A stretch of DNA of 64,000 bases from Verrucomicrobiia bacterium. Lineage in GTDB: Bacteria > Verrucomicrobiota > Verrucomicrobiia > Limisphaerales > UBA1319. The position numbers were made by a program, and so were the translations under genes. Positions 54,489 to 64,000 of this stretch are shown here, piece after piece (the first letter of the stretch is position 1; every line of letters begins with the position of its first letter). The notes beneath the pieces are model-generated. The model did not search any database, was not told the origin of the DNA, and was given only the letters and a program-made list of their open reading frames with translations. The DNA is taken from NCBI GenBank assembly GCA_963664225.1, contig OY760937.1:5024001-5088000 (forward strand). Reading direction: 5' to 3'.

Positions 54489-57104
54489 ATGAATGCTACT
54501 CGATGGTCGGTTGGAATTATGAGCCTGATCGCCGCATTGGCAACCAGCGCCACAAACTACGCTCAGACCCCCTACGGAGGAACGCCGCACCCGATACCCG
54601 GGGTGATTCAGGCGGAAGACTTCGACGACGGCGGAGAAGGCGTGACCTATCACGCCACAAGCCCCGGAAACGCTGGCGGAGTTTACCGCCAAACGGACAT
54701 CGACATCTACCCCACCACGGATACCAGCGGGGGATATGACGTGGACTTCTTAAGCGGCGAGTGGCTCCGCTATACCGTCGAGGTGGCTCAAAGTGGCGCT
54801 TATCGTGTGGATTTGAGGATGTTCCAGGTGATTGGTCAAATATCCGGGAATATCCAGTTGTTGGTGGACGGGGCTTCAGTTACAGGGCCATTGCCTATTC
54901 CGGCGTATGCCCATGAAACCCAGTATCCTATCTGGCAAGGTGTTACAGCGGAGCCGGTTGTTTTATCGGCAGGTCGCCACATTCTTCAAGTCAGCATGGG
55001 TGCCTTCGAAACCTGGGAGGCTCCGTTCCCAACGGGACGAGGTGTCCTCTTTAATAAATTGACCATCAGTCCTGCTGTGCTGCGTCCGGCAGTGGTTCTG
55101 GCAGGGACGGGTGTCCCAGGCTTTGCAGATGGCCCGGCCAACCAGGCGCAGTTTTCCATGAACATCACCGGTTTGGATGTGGATCAAGCGGGCAATGTCT
55201 ATGTGGCCGATGCCGGGAATCTGCGGGTGCGCAAGGTCAGCCCTGACGGCCAGGTGAGCACGCTGGCCGGAAACGGCACTGTGGGACGCCAGAATGGTCC
55301 CGGCGACCAGGCCCAATTCCTGGCGCTGGATGCCCTGACTGTGGATAGTTCCGGCAATTGCTATGTGGCGGAGCAGGATGTGACGAATAATGTGAACCGC
55401 ATTCGGCTCATCACGAGCCAAGGCGTCGTGAGCACTTTCTATGAAGAATCGACCATGGAACAGCCCTATTTCACTGCTCCGCAGAAGATCGCTGGAATGG
55501 CCCTGGACACCATGGGCAGGATGTATTTTACCACCTATGGCACCAACAAGGAGTTGTCTTTCTGGCAATATGCCACCTTGGTTGCCATTAAAGACGGTAG
55601 CAGATCGGTTTTGGCCTCATCAGGCAGGAGTGGCTCGGGTGGCATACTGATTCTAAGTCCGATTACGACTGGCCATTCGACTAATATTTACTACCTGGAA
55701 AGCACTGGTAGTGAGTATGCCGCAATTAAATCCCTGACACCGAATGGAACTGCAAATGCCATCGTTTTGTCGTCTGGCGGTGATTATTCCTCCTATACAG
55801 GTTTGACGGCGACCCCAGATGGCGCCATTTATGTCGGAACACTTGGAGGCATCAAACAGGTGTCATCAGATGCCTCCAAGCGATTAATTAACAACGGAAC
55901 TAGTTTTGTTGGAGTGCTGGCATCCGATTATTCCGGCAACCTTTATGGCTTTCAGAGCAACCAACTCAACAAGGTGCTTGTCAATTATTCTCCGGTTGGA
56001 TTGTCTTTATTCACCCAGGGCGGCGGGACCGTTTCGGCCAACCCGCCGGGGGCTTACTTGAGCAACACAGTCGTCCAGGTCACGGCCACCCCTTCCGCCG
56101 GTCTCCAGTTCATCGGTTGGCAGGGCGATGTTACAGGTACCAACGCCCAGATCAGCCTGACAATGAATGCGTCCAAGACCCTCCAGGCGGTCTTTGGCGC
56201 GCAAGTTAACGCAACACCCACAACGGGAGGAACGGTGACGCGCAATCCGGACCTGGCCATTTACCCCTACAATACTCAGGTGACCCTCACCGCTCAGCCA
56301 AATATCGGCTTCGAGTTCTTCAAGTGGAGTGATGATAACACCAATAAGGTTCGCACCTCTTCTGTGACGACCGCTGTGAATGTTCAAGCCGTATTCTCCG
56401 CTCTGCCGCAGTTCACGTTGAATGCTCAGGTTTTGGCTGGCACGGGTGGCACGGTGACCGCGATTCCGTCCAATGCCACTTATTACCGCGATACTCTGGT
56501 GACCCTCTACGCACGACCGGCCGCTGGGTACGTCTTTCAAACCTGGTTGGATGGCAATCTGAGTGATCCCCGGGTGATTACCATGGCATCCAACACCACG
56601 GTATTTGCGGTGTTTGCTCCGGGGCAGGGGACAGCTCCAACCATCACGACGTCTCCGAAGAACGTTGAGGTGGTGGCCGGGGATGCCGTCACCTTCAGCG
56701 TGGCCGCCACGGGAAGCGTGCCGCTCGAATATCAATGGAGCCATGACGGCACACCCCTCACCGGCGAGACGGGCCCCACACTGACGCTGCCCACCGTGCA
56801 GGGGGCTGCGGCGGGGACTTACTCCGTGACGGTCAAAAACTCGGTGGACTCGGTCAGTGCCAGCGCGACGCTGAGCCTTATCAGTGGGGTGCGTCCATCC
56901 ATCACTTCATACCAACGGCTTGACGGGCAGTTTCAGTTCACCATCAGCGGCACGGCCGGTCAGCAATACAAGATCGAGTCCACCCCTGACTTGAGCACCT
57001 GGATGACTGTGACCAATCATCTGACCAACATTCTGGGCACGGTTTCCTACAGCGCTGCGTTGGGGAGCACCAACCTGTTTTACCGCGTGTCGGTGGCAGA
57101 GTAG
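54489..57104 (+). CDS. Secreted modular surface protein: CBM6-like, NHL repeats, InlB-B-like repeats, Ig domain, C-terminal beta domain
   Basis: IPGVIQAEDFDDGGEG..GEWLRYTV; GNVYVADAGNLRVRKV; three GGTV..P..Y..VTLTA.P..F..W repeats; PLEYQW..AGTYSVTV; YKIESTPDLSTW..FYRV. Confidence 0.8.
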   Translation: MNATRWSVGIMSLIAALATSATNYAQTPYGGTPHPIPGVIQAEDFDDGGEGVTYHATSPGNAGGVYRQTDIDIYPTTDTSGGYDVDFLSGEWLRYTVEVAQSGAYRVDLRMFQVIGQISGNIQLLVDGASVTGPLPIPAYAHETQYPIWQGVTAEPVVLSAGRHILQVSMGAFETWEAPFPTGRGVLFNKLTISPAVLRPAVVLAGTGVPGFADGPANQAQFSMNITGLDVDQAGNVYVADAGNLRVRKVSPDGQVSTLAGNGTVGRQNGPGDQAQFLALDALTVDSSGNCYVAEQDVTNNVNRIRLITSQGVVSTFYEESTMEQPYFTAPQKIAGMALDTMGRMYFTTYGTNKELSFWQYATLVAIKDGSRSVLASSGRSGSGGILILSPITTGHSTNIYYLESTGSEYAAIKSLTPNGTANAIVLSSGGDYSSYTGLTATPDGAIYVGTLGGIKQVSSDASKRLINNGTSFVGVLASDYSGNLYGFQSNQLNKVLVNYSPVGLSLFTQGGGTVSANPPGAYLSNTVVQVTATPSAGLQFIGWQGDVTGTNAQISLTMNASKTLQAVFGAQVNATPTTGGTVTRNPDLAIYPYNTQVTLTAQPNIGFEFFKWSDDNTNKVRTSSVTTAVNVQAVFSALPQFTLNAQVLAGTGGTVTAIPSNATYYRDTLVTLYARPAAGYVFQTWLDGNLSDPRVITMASNTTVFAVFAPGQGTAPTITTSPKNVEVVAGDAVTFSVAATGSVPLEYQWSHDGTPLTGETGPTLTLPTVQGAAAGTYSVTVKNSVDSVSASATLSLISGVRPSITSYQRLDGQFQFTISGTAGQQYKIESTPDLSTWMTVTNHLTNILGTVSYSAALGSTNLFYRVSVAE

Positions 57105-57122
57105 CCCTGGTTTAAGGTTTGG

Positions 57123-57156
57123 GGTGCGAGGGCGGCCACAATGTCGCCCTCGTACC
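57123..57156. terminator. Stem-loop between convergent genes
   Basis: GGTGCGAGGGCGGC / GTCGCCCTCGTACC 14-bp stem with two G:U pairs. Confidence 0.55.
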
Positions 57157-57261
57157 ACAACTGCGGCAGGGGTGAAAATATGGCACGAGCTGCGCCCCTT
57201 ATAAAACAGGGCTCGGACAAATCAGGTAATCAGAAGGTTTCGCTTATGGATTCGCCACGAA

Positions 57262-57948
57262 TCAATGCGCCAGAAGGCGCTGGTAATGATGGCTGGAGGC
57301 CCATTGGCCAAGCTGGGTGAGTTCTTCGAGAATGCGGCGGATGGCGCGCATGGTGATGGGATTGGACACGGGTTTGACGGTCTTCTTTGGACCGGATTCG
57401 CGCATGGGGCTGGAACTGTATTGCACGATTTGAGCTTCTGTGACGGCAGCGATACGCTTCAATAATTCCGCGGGAGACATTTCAAACTGGCCGTTGCGCT
57501 GGGCAAAACCGAGCAGATCGCGCAGGACGACACAGCCGGAGATCAGGGACATGGTCACCTCAGGCGGGCCGCTCAATTTCGTGGGATTCTCGAGAATGGG
57601 GATATGGATCGTGCGAATGGCGAATCCGCGCGGCGCTTTTTCGAGAAGAAATGGGCCGGTTTGGATTTCGAGCTTTTGCAGCGCGGCATGGATGTCACGC
57701 TCAAGAGTGCCTGTTTGCCCCGCGAAAAGGGGCGGCACGGTGAAAATAATGGTTCCGGTGGGGGCAAAAGGGTCGCAGGAAGTGTCGTGCGTGAAGGACT
57801 GGGCAAACCTGGAATCCCATCGGGCGCCATTGCGGGCGCAGAAGGGTGCCAGGACGTTCCAGGTCAGGAATTGGCAGAGATCCATGATGCGATGCGTGTG
57901 CCACGGACATTGGTCGTCCTTGATGGTGAATTTCAGGCTTCTGTTCAT
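57262..57948 (-). CDS. Hypothetical protein
   Basis: 228-aa ATG-started ORF with an upstream AGGAG Shine-Dalgarno; fills the intergenic gap; no recognisable family. Confidence 0.65.
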   Translation of the reverse strand: MNRSLKFTIKDDQCPWHTHRIMDLCQFLTWNVLAPFCARNGARWDSRFAQSFTHDTSCDPFAPTGTIIFTVPPLFAGQTGTLERDIHAALQKLEIQTGPFLLEKAPRGFAIRTIHIPILENPTKLSGPPEVTMSLISGCVVLRDLLGFAQRNGQFEMSPAELLKRIAAVTEAQIVQYSSSPMRESGPKKTVKPVSNPITMRAIRRILEELTQLGQWASSHHYQRLLAH

Positions 57949-58146
57949 GCAAGACTCCTAAAAAATAACGTTACCCCCGATTCTTTTGCCTGCGGCCATC
58001 ATAGCTAAACCAACCGGTTTATCAACGACAATAGATCATGCTTTCCTTGCTAACTGCAGTGGCAAGAAAAGAGGAGGACTTTTGCCATGGCGTGGTTTTT
58101 TCACAAGGAACCACCGGCCTCCAAAGAACCAAACGGGGCGGTTCTC

Positions 58147-59151
58147 TCATCCTTTGAGCCAGCGGGCGGCGTCGGTGGCGGAGTAGGTGATGAGAATGTC
58201 GGCGCCGGCGCGGCGCATGCCCAAGAGGCTTTCCATGACGATGGCCCGTTCATCGATCCATCCCTGCTGGGCTGCGGCTTTCATCATCGAATATTCGCCG
58301 CTGACTGAATAAACCGCTGTCGGATAACCAAAGGTGGATTTGACGCGGTAAACCAGATCGAGATAGGCCAGACCGGGTTTAACCATGACGATGTCGGCGC
58401 CCTCCTGGATGTCCAGGGCCACTTCCCGCAACGCTTCGGAGGCATTGGCGGCATCCATCTGGTAGCTGCGGCGATCCCCAAACCTGGGCGCGGATTCCGC
58501 CGCGTCCCTGAACGGACCGTAAAAGGCGGAGGAAAACTTGGCGGCGTAGGACATGATGGGGGTGTCTTGAAAGCCATCGGTGTCCAAGGCCTTTCGGATG
58601 GCGGCCACGCGGCCATCCATCATGTCGCTGGGGGCGATGATATCAACGCCCGCCTCGGCGTAGCTTAAGGCCGCGCGCGCGAGCAACTTGAGGGAGGAAT
58701 CGTTTTCGATGATCACACCGCTGCGGCCTTTTTTGACGATGCCGCAATGGCCGTGGCTCATGTATTCGCAGAGGCAGACATCGGCAATGACGAGCAACTC
58801 TGGCAGTTCCTTTTTCAGAAGGCGGGTGGTCTGGGCGACGATGCCGTTGCGGGCATAGGCTTCGGAGGCCTTTTCGTCCTTCTTTTCGGGAATACCGAAC
58901 AGCAGGACCGCAGGCACGCCCAGCGCATAGGCTTCCTGCGCGGTTTTTAATATTTCGTCGGGCGAAAGCTGGAAAACGCCGGGCATGGACTTGACTGGGT
59001 TGCGCAACTTGCTACCGCGGCGGGCGAACAAGGGGAGCACCAATTGTTCCGCGCTCAGACGCGTTTCGCGCACCATTTTGCGAATGGCCGGGTTCTGGCG
59101 CAGGCGTCGTGGCCGGTAGTCTGGATGAAGTCCAGTAAACGGAATATTCAT
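58147..59151 (-). CDS. hemB: Porphobilinogen synthase
   Basis: RPRRLR; DVCLCEYMSHGHCG zinc site; APSDMMDGRV; FYGPFRDA; MVKPG; VSGEY. Confidence 0.97.
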   Translation of the reverse strand: MNIPFTGLHPDYRPRRLRQNPAIRKMVRETRLSAEQLVLPLFARRGSKLRNPVKSMPGVFQLSPDEILKTAQEAYALGVPAVLLFGIPEKKDEKASEAYARNGIVAQTTRLLKKELPELLVIADVCLCEYMSHGHCGIVKKGRSGVIIENDSSLKLLARAALSYAEAGVDIIAPSDMMDGRVAAIRKALDTDGFQDTPIMSYAAKFSSAFYGPFRDAAESAPRFGDRRSYQMDAANASEALREVALDIQEGADIVMVKPGLAYLDLVYRVKSTFGYPTAVYSVSGEYSMMKAAAQQGWIDERAIVMESLLGMRRAGADILITYSATDAARWLKG

Positions 59152-59234
59152 GGGGGTATTCTAACTCAGAAGCTTTTGTTGAACAGAATAAATCGGCAGG
59201 GAGCAAACCACGCGGGACGACAAATGCAGGATTG

Positions 59235-60335
59235 TCAGGACTTGGAGCGGACGGCCCAGCGGAGTTTGGCGCTTGAGGAGCGGGGATTGGAGTGGATCTC
59301 CTCCTGGCTGGGACGAATCACGTCGCGGGCAATGTTTTCGTATTCTCCGGATCGCAATCCGGCATCAAACCATTTTTTTACGCGACGGTCTTCACCTGAA
59401 TGAAAGGTGAGAATGGCAACGCGTCCACCGGGCAGCAGGCACGATGGCAGAAAGCGCAGGAAGGTGTCCAAGGCCCCGAACTCGTCGTTGACCTCGATTC
59501 TCAGGGCTTGGAACACCCGTTTCAGGCAGGTATCCATTTCCTCCTTGTTGCGACCCAGGCTGGTCATGGACAGGGCACGGCGCGCGATGTCCGTCAGGGC
59601 GGAGGTTGTTTCGATGGGTTGACGCGCGCGCGCTTCGACAATGGCGGCGGCAATTTTTGCGGCGTTTGGTTCATCCGCATTTTCGGATAAGATCTGCGCG
59701 AGGCGGGACTCGGGCATTGTCTGAATCATCTCGGACACGGGATGGCCCTTGTGCGGATTCATTCGCAAATCCAGCGGCCCTTTTAGTTTGTAGGAAAATC
59801 CGCGTTGGGGATCGTCCAGTTGCATGGAGGAGCAACCCAGGTCGGCGAGCACCATGTCCACACCCTGAATGCCGGCTCCAGCCAATGCCCGGGCCATCCC
59901 TGCAAAATTGGTATGGATGACCGTGAGGGCTTCCAATGGGACCTCGGGCGTGCGCAGTCGGGCCTCGGTTTTGGGCAGTTCCAGAGGGTCCACATCCAGG
60001 CCGATCAATCGGCCACCCGGCAGAAGGCGGTTGAGGATTTCGCGTGCGTGGCCGCCGTAACCCAGGGTGGCGTCCACGGCCGATTCACCGGGTTTTGGAG
60101 CGAGAATTTCGAGAATCTCCTGAACGCAAATCGGGCGGTGCAAACCCGCGGGGGTTTTGCCCGACGACAGCACTTTTTGGACGGTTTCGGGATACTGATC
60201 GGGATTCAGCTCCTTGTATTTTTCTTCAAAGCGCCGGGGATGCGTTCCGCGATAGCGTGGGCGACGGCGATGCGGAACCGCTTCACCGCTGCCGGGCCCG
60301 GGTGTGGAATTGACGGTGTTGGAGTCTGGCGACAT
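59235..60335 (-). CDS. rsmH: RsmH/MraW family methyltransferase with basic N-terminal extension
   Basis: HRPI; DATLGYGGH; DLGCSSMQLD; RGFSY..GPLDLRM; FQALRIEVN; TFHSGEDRRVK; NPRSSSAKLR. Confidence 0.88.
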   Translation of the reverse strand: MSPDSNTVNSTPGPGSGEAVPHRRRPRYRGTHPRRFEEKYKELNPDQYPETVQKVLSSGKTPAGLHRPICVQEILEILAPKPGESAVDATLGYGGHAREILNRLLPGGRLIGLDVDPLELPKTEARLRTPEVPLEALTVIHTNFAGMARALAGAGIQGVDMVLADLGCSSMQLDDPQRGFSYKLKGPLDLRMNPHKGHPVSEMIQTMPESRLAQILSENADEPNAAKIAAAIVEARARQPIETTSALTDIARRALSMTSLGRNKEEMDTCLKRVFQALRIEVNDEFGALDTFLRFLPSCLLPGGRVAILTFHSGEDRRVKKWFDAGLRSGEYENIARDVIRPSQEEIHSNPRSSSAKLRWAVRSKS

Positions 60336-60359
60336 GGGGATTGGGGATTTTGGATGGGC

Positions 60360-61130
60360 CTACATGCCCATGATCTGATATCCGCAATCCGCGTAAATCA
60401 CCTGACCGGTGATGGCTCCGGCGCCGTCACTGGCCAGAAAAGCCCCGGTTGCGCCGAGTTCCTCAGGCGTCACGTTGCGCTTGAGAGGGGCATGGGTTTC
60501 GTAGTGGTTGAACATGTCGTTGAAACCGGCAATGCCGCGGGCGGCAAGGGTGTTGACGGGTCCGGCGCTGATGCAGTTGACCCGGATTTTGCGGGGTCCG
60601 AGGTTGTAGGCGAGATAACGGGTGCAACCTTCGAGGGCGGCTTTGGCCACGCCCATGACGTTGTAATGGGGCACCACTTTTTCGGCGCCGTAATAGGTCA
60701 TGCCGAGAATGCTGCCGCCATTGGTCATCAGGGGGGCGGCCTTGCGGGCCAGCGCGATGAGCGAGTAGGCGCTGATGTCCATGGCGATATGGAACGATTG
60801 GCGGTCGGTATTGATGAACTCGCCTTCGAGGGCGGCGCGAGGGGCGTAAGCGACCGAATGGAGCATCAAATCCAAACGTCCAAAGTGGGATTCCAAAGTC
60901 TTGAATACAAGGTCAATTTCCTCGTCCTTGGTGACATCGCAGGGGAGGAGGAGCGTCTTCTCCCCAAAGTTCTGAACCAGGTCCTCGACGTTTTCCTTCA
61001 AGCGTTCACCCTGGTAGGTGAAGGCCAGTTGCGCTCCTTCGGCGGCCCAGGCTTTTGCAATGGCCCAGGCAATGGACCGTTTATTGGCCACTCCAAATAC
61101 AACCCCAATTTTTCCGTCAAGTATTGGCAT
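60360..61130 (-). CDS. fabI: Enoyl-ACP reductase
   Basis: GVANKRSIAWAIA; HSVAYA; ISAYS; YNVMGVAKAALE; ISAGP. Confidence 0.96.
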   Translation of the reverse strand: MPILDGKIGVVFGVANKRSIAWAIAKAWAAEGAQLAFTYQGERLKENVEDLVQNFGEKTLLLPCDVTKDEEIDLVFKTLESHFGRLDLMLHSVAYAPRAALEGEFINTDRQSFHIAMDISAYSLIALARKAAPLMTNGGSILGMTYYGAEKVVPHYNVMGVAKAALEGCTRYLAYNLGPRKIRVNCISAGPVNTLAARGIAGFNDMFNHYETHAPLKRNVTPEELGATGAFLASDGAGAITGQVIYADCGYQIMGM

Positions 61131-61252
61131 AATTAACAATAGTATTAGTGTCTTTAATTCAAAATCATGGAAATTGCAATCACGAAAGAATGGAAAATTC
61201 CACCCATCAAGGCAAAGGAGCCAGGTTGGTCAGCAAAAACCCGGCGCAATAG

Positions 61253-63124
61253 TCAACGCACGCCCGCCGGTTGAGAGAGTTTGGGGCGTTTGGGAGTTTC
61301 CTTGAAACTGGCCCATTTATTCAGCGGGATAAGGCCCGCGAGGATTATGAGCACCTGGCTGGCAATGAAGATGATCAACCACTTAAAGGCCTCGTCCATG
61401 AAACCGTAGGAATGCAATCCGATGCCGAGCATGTTAACTCCGAACCAGGAGAAGCTTGTGACGATGTTGCCAAAAATGGCCATGTTCATGAGGCCTCGCG
61501 CCCCGACAAGTTTACCCCAGTGGGCGTGCAGGATGGCCGCATTCCAAATGACGATGATCAGAGCGCCGTTTTCCTTGGGGTCCCAGCCCCAGAAACGGCC
61601 CCAGGATTGGTCAGCCCAGATTCCCCCCAGCACGGTGCCGACAAAGCTGAACAAAAGGGCGAAACATACGACGCCATAGACCATTCCCTCGAGACCTGCG
61701 GCGGTTTTCACGGAGAGCGACCGTGTGAATACACCGCGCAGGATGTAAATCAACGCCAGAAAACCGGCAACAAATGTGGCCGCATATCCGAGGGTTACAG
61801 TGACCACATGGGTCGCGAGCCAGAAATTGGTGTCCAGCACGGCGCGGAGCATTTCCATGGTATCGCCACCGAGGGCGAGGTTATGGGCAATGATTTGTGT
61901 CGTGAATCCGATGGTGGCGGCTGTGACACTGCCGATGCCGTCGCGGTAGGTGCGTTCGAGGAAGATTCCCAACAGTACGGCAGCCCAGCCAATAAAGATG
62001 GCTGAAGAATAAAGATTAGTCACGGGGGGACGGCCTTCAAGAACCATGCGGAAAACCAGTCCAAAAGTGTGCAAGCCAAAGGCCAGAACAATCAAGTATT
62101 GAGCTGAGCGCCGGAGCCATTCCGAGAGGTTAAACCACGAAACGCAGGCGAGGATGAACGCCAGGACATACAGGACCATGGTTTTATAAAAAGGCTGGAA
62201 GTGGCTGAAACCGGCTTCCCTGTCCGCCTTGTTTAATTCCGGGACATAGCGCTGACCGAGCCAGTTGCGATAATTGCCAACAGCTTGATTAAAGGGATCC
62301 GGTTTGCCTTCGCGATAAGCCGAGCCCATCGTAGCATAAAACCGAACGGGTTGGGGGATCCCATTGGTTTTTGCATATTCAAGAACAGCTCCGCCCACAT
62401 TCATCCAATTATCCCTTGGGGTATCGGTCAAAGCTGGTGGAATGGTCAAAGGATAAGCCAGACGCATGACGAGGTCGAAGCGGTTGATCATTCCGACAAA
62501 GTCACTGAAGACGGCCTTATCGTATGGTTTTCCAGCCTGCTGATTCCGGACGGCCACGATACCCTCGGGCAATAATGTTTCAAAATCCTTCAATTCAGTG
62601 GCAAAATCCGTTGCGTTTTCAGGTTGCAAACTGTTTTTAAGACGGCGATAGAGTTGAAGGGACTGCTCCAATTTAAGAGTCTGCTTTTCAAAAGTGGTGC
62701 GCAGAGCGGATTCCTTTGCGTTGACCCGCTCGCTTTGGCGGTCGATTTCCTCGAGATAGGGTTCCAGCTGGGCAAAGGAAAAATGTTTCTCGGTCTCGGG
62801 CAATTTTAGCAGACTTAATAGTTCCGGATGGTCGATGCGAAAGACCTTTCGGGCATCAGCCGCCGGGGCATTAAAAAAGACTTCCAGGAGCCATACTGTG
62901 GCGGTGAGAGTCTGGCCATTCTCGAGGGCGACGGATTGTTTGTTGCGAATTTCGAGCAGGGCGTTGCGGGCGACTGAGTCCATCGGTTGGACGCGGCCGT
63001 TGAGCAGGACGGGGAGTCTGCCAAACTCACGCGTCTGAAAGCCCTTTTCACGTACAGGGAAGAGGGAGGCCAGAATCCATACCGCGCAAAGGCCGGTCAA
63101 TATCCAGGGGAACCACTTTTTCAT
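61253..63124 (-). CDS. ccsA: System II cytochrome c biogenesis protein CcsA with large extracytoplasmic domain
   Basis: GRPPVTNLY; VLDTNFWLATHV; GGIWADQSWGRFWGWDPKE (WWD); GLHSY. Confidence 0.93.
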   Translation of the reverse strand: MKKWFPWILTGLCAVWILASLFPVREKGFQTREFGRLPVLLNGRVQPMDSVARNALLEIRNKQSVALENGQTLTATVWLLEVFFNAPAADARKVFRIDHPELLSLLKLPETEKHFSFAQLEPYLEEIDRQSERVNAKESALRTTFEKQTLKLEQSLQLYRRLKNSLQPENATDFATELKDFETLLPEGIVAVRNQQAGKPYDKAVFSDFVGMINRFDLVMRLAYPLTIPPALTDTPRDNWMNVGGAVLEYAKTNGIPQPVRFYATMGSAYREGKPDPFNQAVGNYRNWLGQRYVPELNKADREAGFSHFQPFYKTMVLYVLAFILACVSWFNLSEWLRRSAQYLIVLAFGLHTFGLVFRMVLEGRPPVTNLYSSAIFIGWAAVLLGIFLERTYRDGIGSVTAATIGFTTQIIAHNLALGGDTMEMLRAVLDTNFWLATHVVTVTLGYAATFVAGFLALIYILRGVFTRSLSVKTAAGLEGMVYGVVCFALLFSFVGTVLGGIWADQSWGRFWGWDPKENGALIIVIWNAAILHAHWGKLVGARGLMNMAIFGNIVTSFSWFGVNMLGIGLHSYGFMDEAFKWLIIFIASQVLIILAGLIPLNKWASFKETPKRPKLSQPAGVR

Positions 63125-64000
63125 GCGGATTTGCGTTCTTTGATGAATCCCACCAAGTGAGACATGAATTGAATGAGCAATCCCGCGGAGACGAGGGCGC
63201 AGGAAACATAGGGGGTGAGCCAGCCAGGATTGCGGACGACCTGAAGAATGGTGACCTTGGGATTGTTTTCGTCATATCCCGATTGGTAAAAGGTTGCGCC
63301 TCCATAGCGGAGTGGATTGTTCATATAAATCAGGACCTCGCGATCCTCGCCGCTGGATTTATTAAGGAGTCGCACGCGACTGGAGAAGTTCTTTGGAATC
63401 TCGGTGCCCTTATATTTGTCGTGACTGAACTTCAACAGTTCGATGTAGAAGGGATTATAGTAGCGGGCTGGACGCATGACCAAATTGTAGGACCTGCCTG
63501 CGACTTGAAAGGACTGTGGATCCTCAAGCATTGCGGAAGCCAGCCATGTGCCGGCATTGCCTTGGGGAGTAACAGGCTCAATGATGACACTGGGGAGGTT
63601 TCTTTCGTCCATCTTGACCGTGGAGGGGACCTCGCGCACCGCGATCGATTGCCCAAAGCCCTGTGAGGCTTCCGTGGCTCCCGGGGCGTTGGTTTCCAAC
63701 TGGCTCAATCGAGAATTGCGCCAGTAATGGTTGACCTTGAGCGCAAATGGGAGTGAGGGAATCTGAATCTCTTTTTCACGCGCCAGCAGGCTCTCCGGAA
63801 TGGCGACCACTTTTTCGGACTGCCCCTGGGTGGTGTCGATGAGAGCCAATTCGTATTTACTGCTGTCTTCGGAATAATTTTTCACTTCCCCCTCGCTCAG
63901 GCGCATGTGGCTTTCCACTTGCATCCAGTCGGTGGCAAATTGCCCGACGAGAAGCAAGGCGATGCCTCCATGGGTCAGTTGAAGGCCAATGGTATCCCTG
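63121..64000 (-). CDS. ResB/CcsB-like cytochrome c biogenesis protein, C-terminal part (truncated by window edge)
   Basis: TH.G..LLVG; PKNFSSRV; IYMNNPLRYGG.TFYQS; NPGWLTPY; overlaps the ccsA start. Confidence 0.85.
   Translation of the reverse strand, partial: RDTIGLQLTHGGIALLLVGQFATDWMQVESHMRLSEGEVKNYSEDSSKYELALIDTTQGQSEKVVAIPESLLAREKEIQIPSLPFALKVNHYWRNSRLSQLETNAPGATEASQGFGQSIAVREVPSTVKMDERNLPSVIIEPVTPQGNAGTWLASAMLEDPQSFQVAGRSYNLVMRPARYYNPFYIELLKFSHDKYKGTEIPKNFSSRVRLLNKSSGEDREVLIYMNNPLRYGGATFYQSGYDENNPKVTILQVVRNPGWLTPYVSCALVSAGLLIQFMSHLVGFIKERKSA

Noticed and set aside
57181..57196. TGGCACG as a sigma54 promoter
   Set aside because: No TTGC at the -12 position and no downstream gene on that strand.

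Overview
GC-rich bacterial chromosome segment, most likely Verrucomicrobiota: it encodes the PVC-superphylum small basic signature protein (25664-25819, missed by the ORF track) and PVC-style Tat oxidoreductase, HEAT and TPR-SGNH proteins. Most of the window is housekeeping or ordinary accessory content: trpD, tmRNA, ilvN-ilvC, folD, rluB-type pseudouridine synthase, a MacAB-like ABC exporter, a COG0523 GTPase, a PAS kinase/receiver pair, an arabinose/arabinan cluster, holA, tadA, hemB, an rsmH-like gene, fabI and ccsA/resB. The most unusual signal is in the first 8 kb. Four copies of a ~46-bp bipartite motif fall into two end classes (L at 1178 and 2999, R at 1366 and 7707), arranged L-R-L-R, and their 5-nt flanks match pairwise (CGCAC/CGCTC and AATAC/AATAT). 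The inner pair brackets a self-contained GntR + membrane protein cassette and the outer pair encloses the tmRNA segment. No recombinase or transposase gene is visible, so this may be a trans-mobilised gene-cassette system. The same region holds a group IIC intron 3' remnant (domains V-VI), REP-like hairpins and a mosaic of 7-mer/9-mer microrepeats. All calls come from manual reading; no database searches were run.
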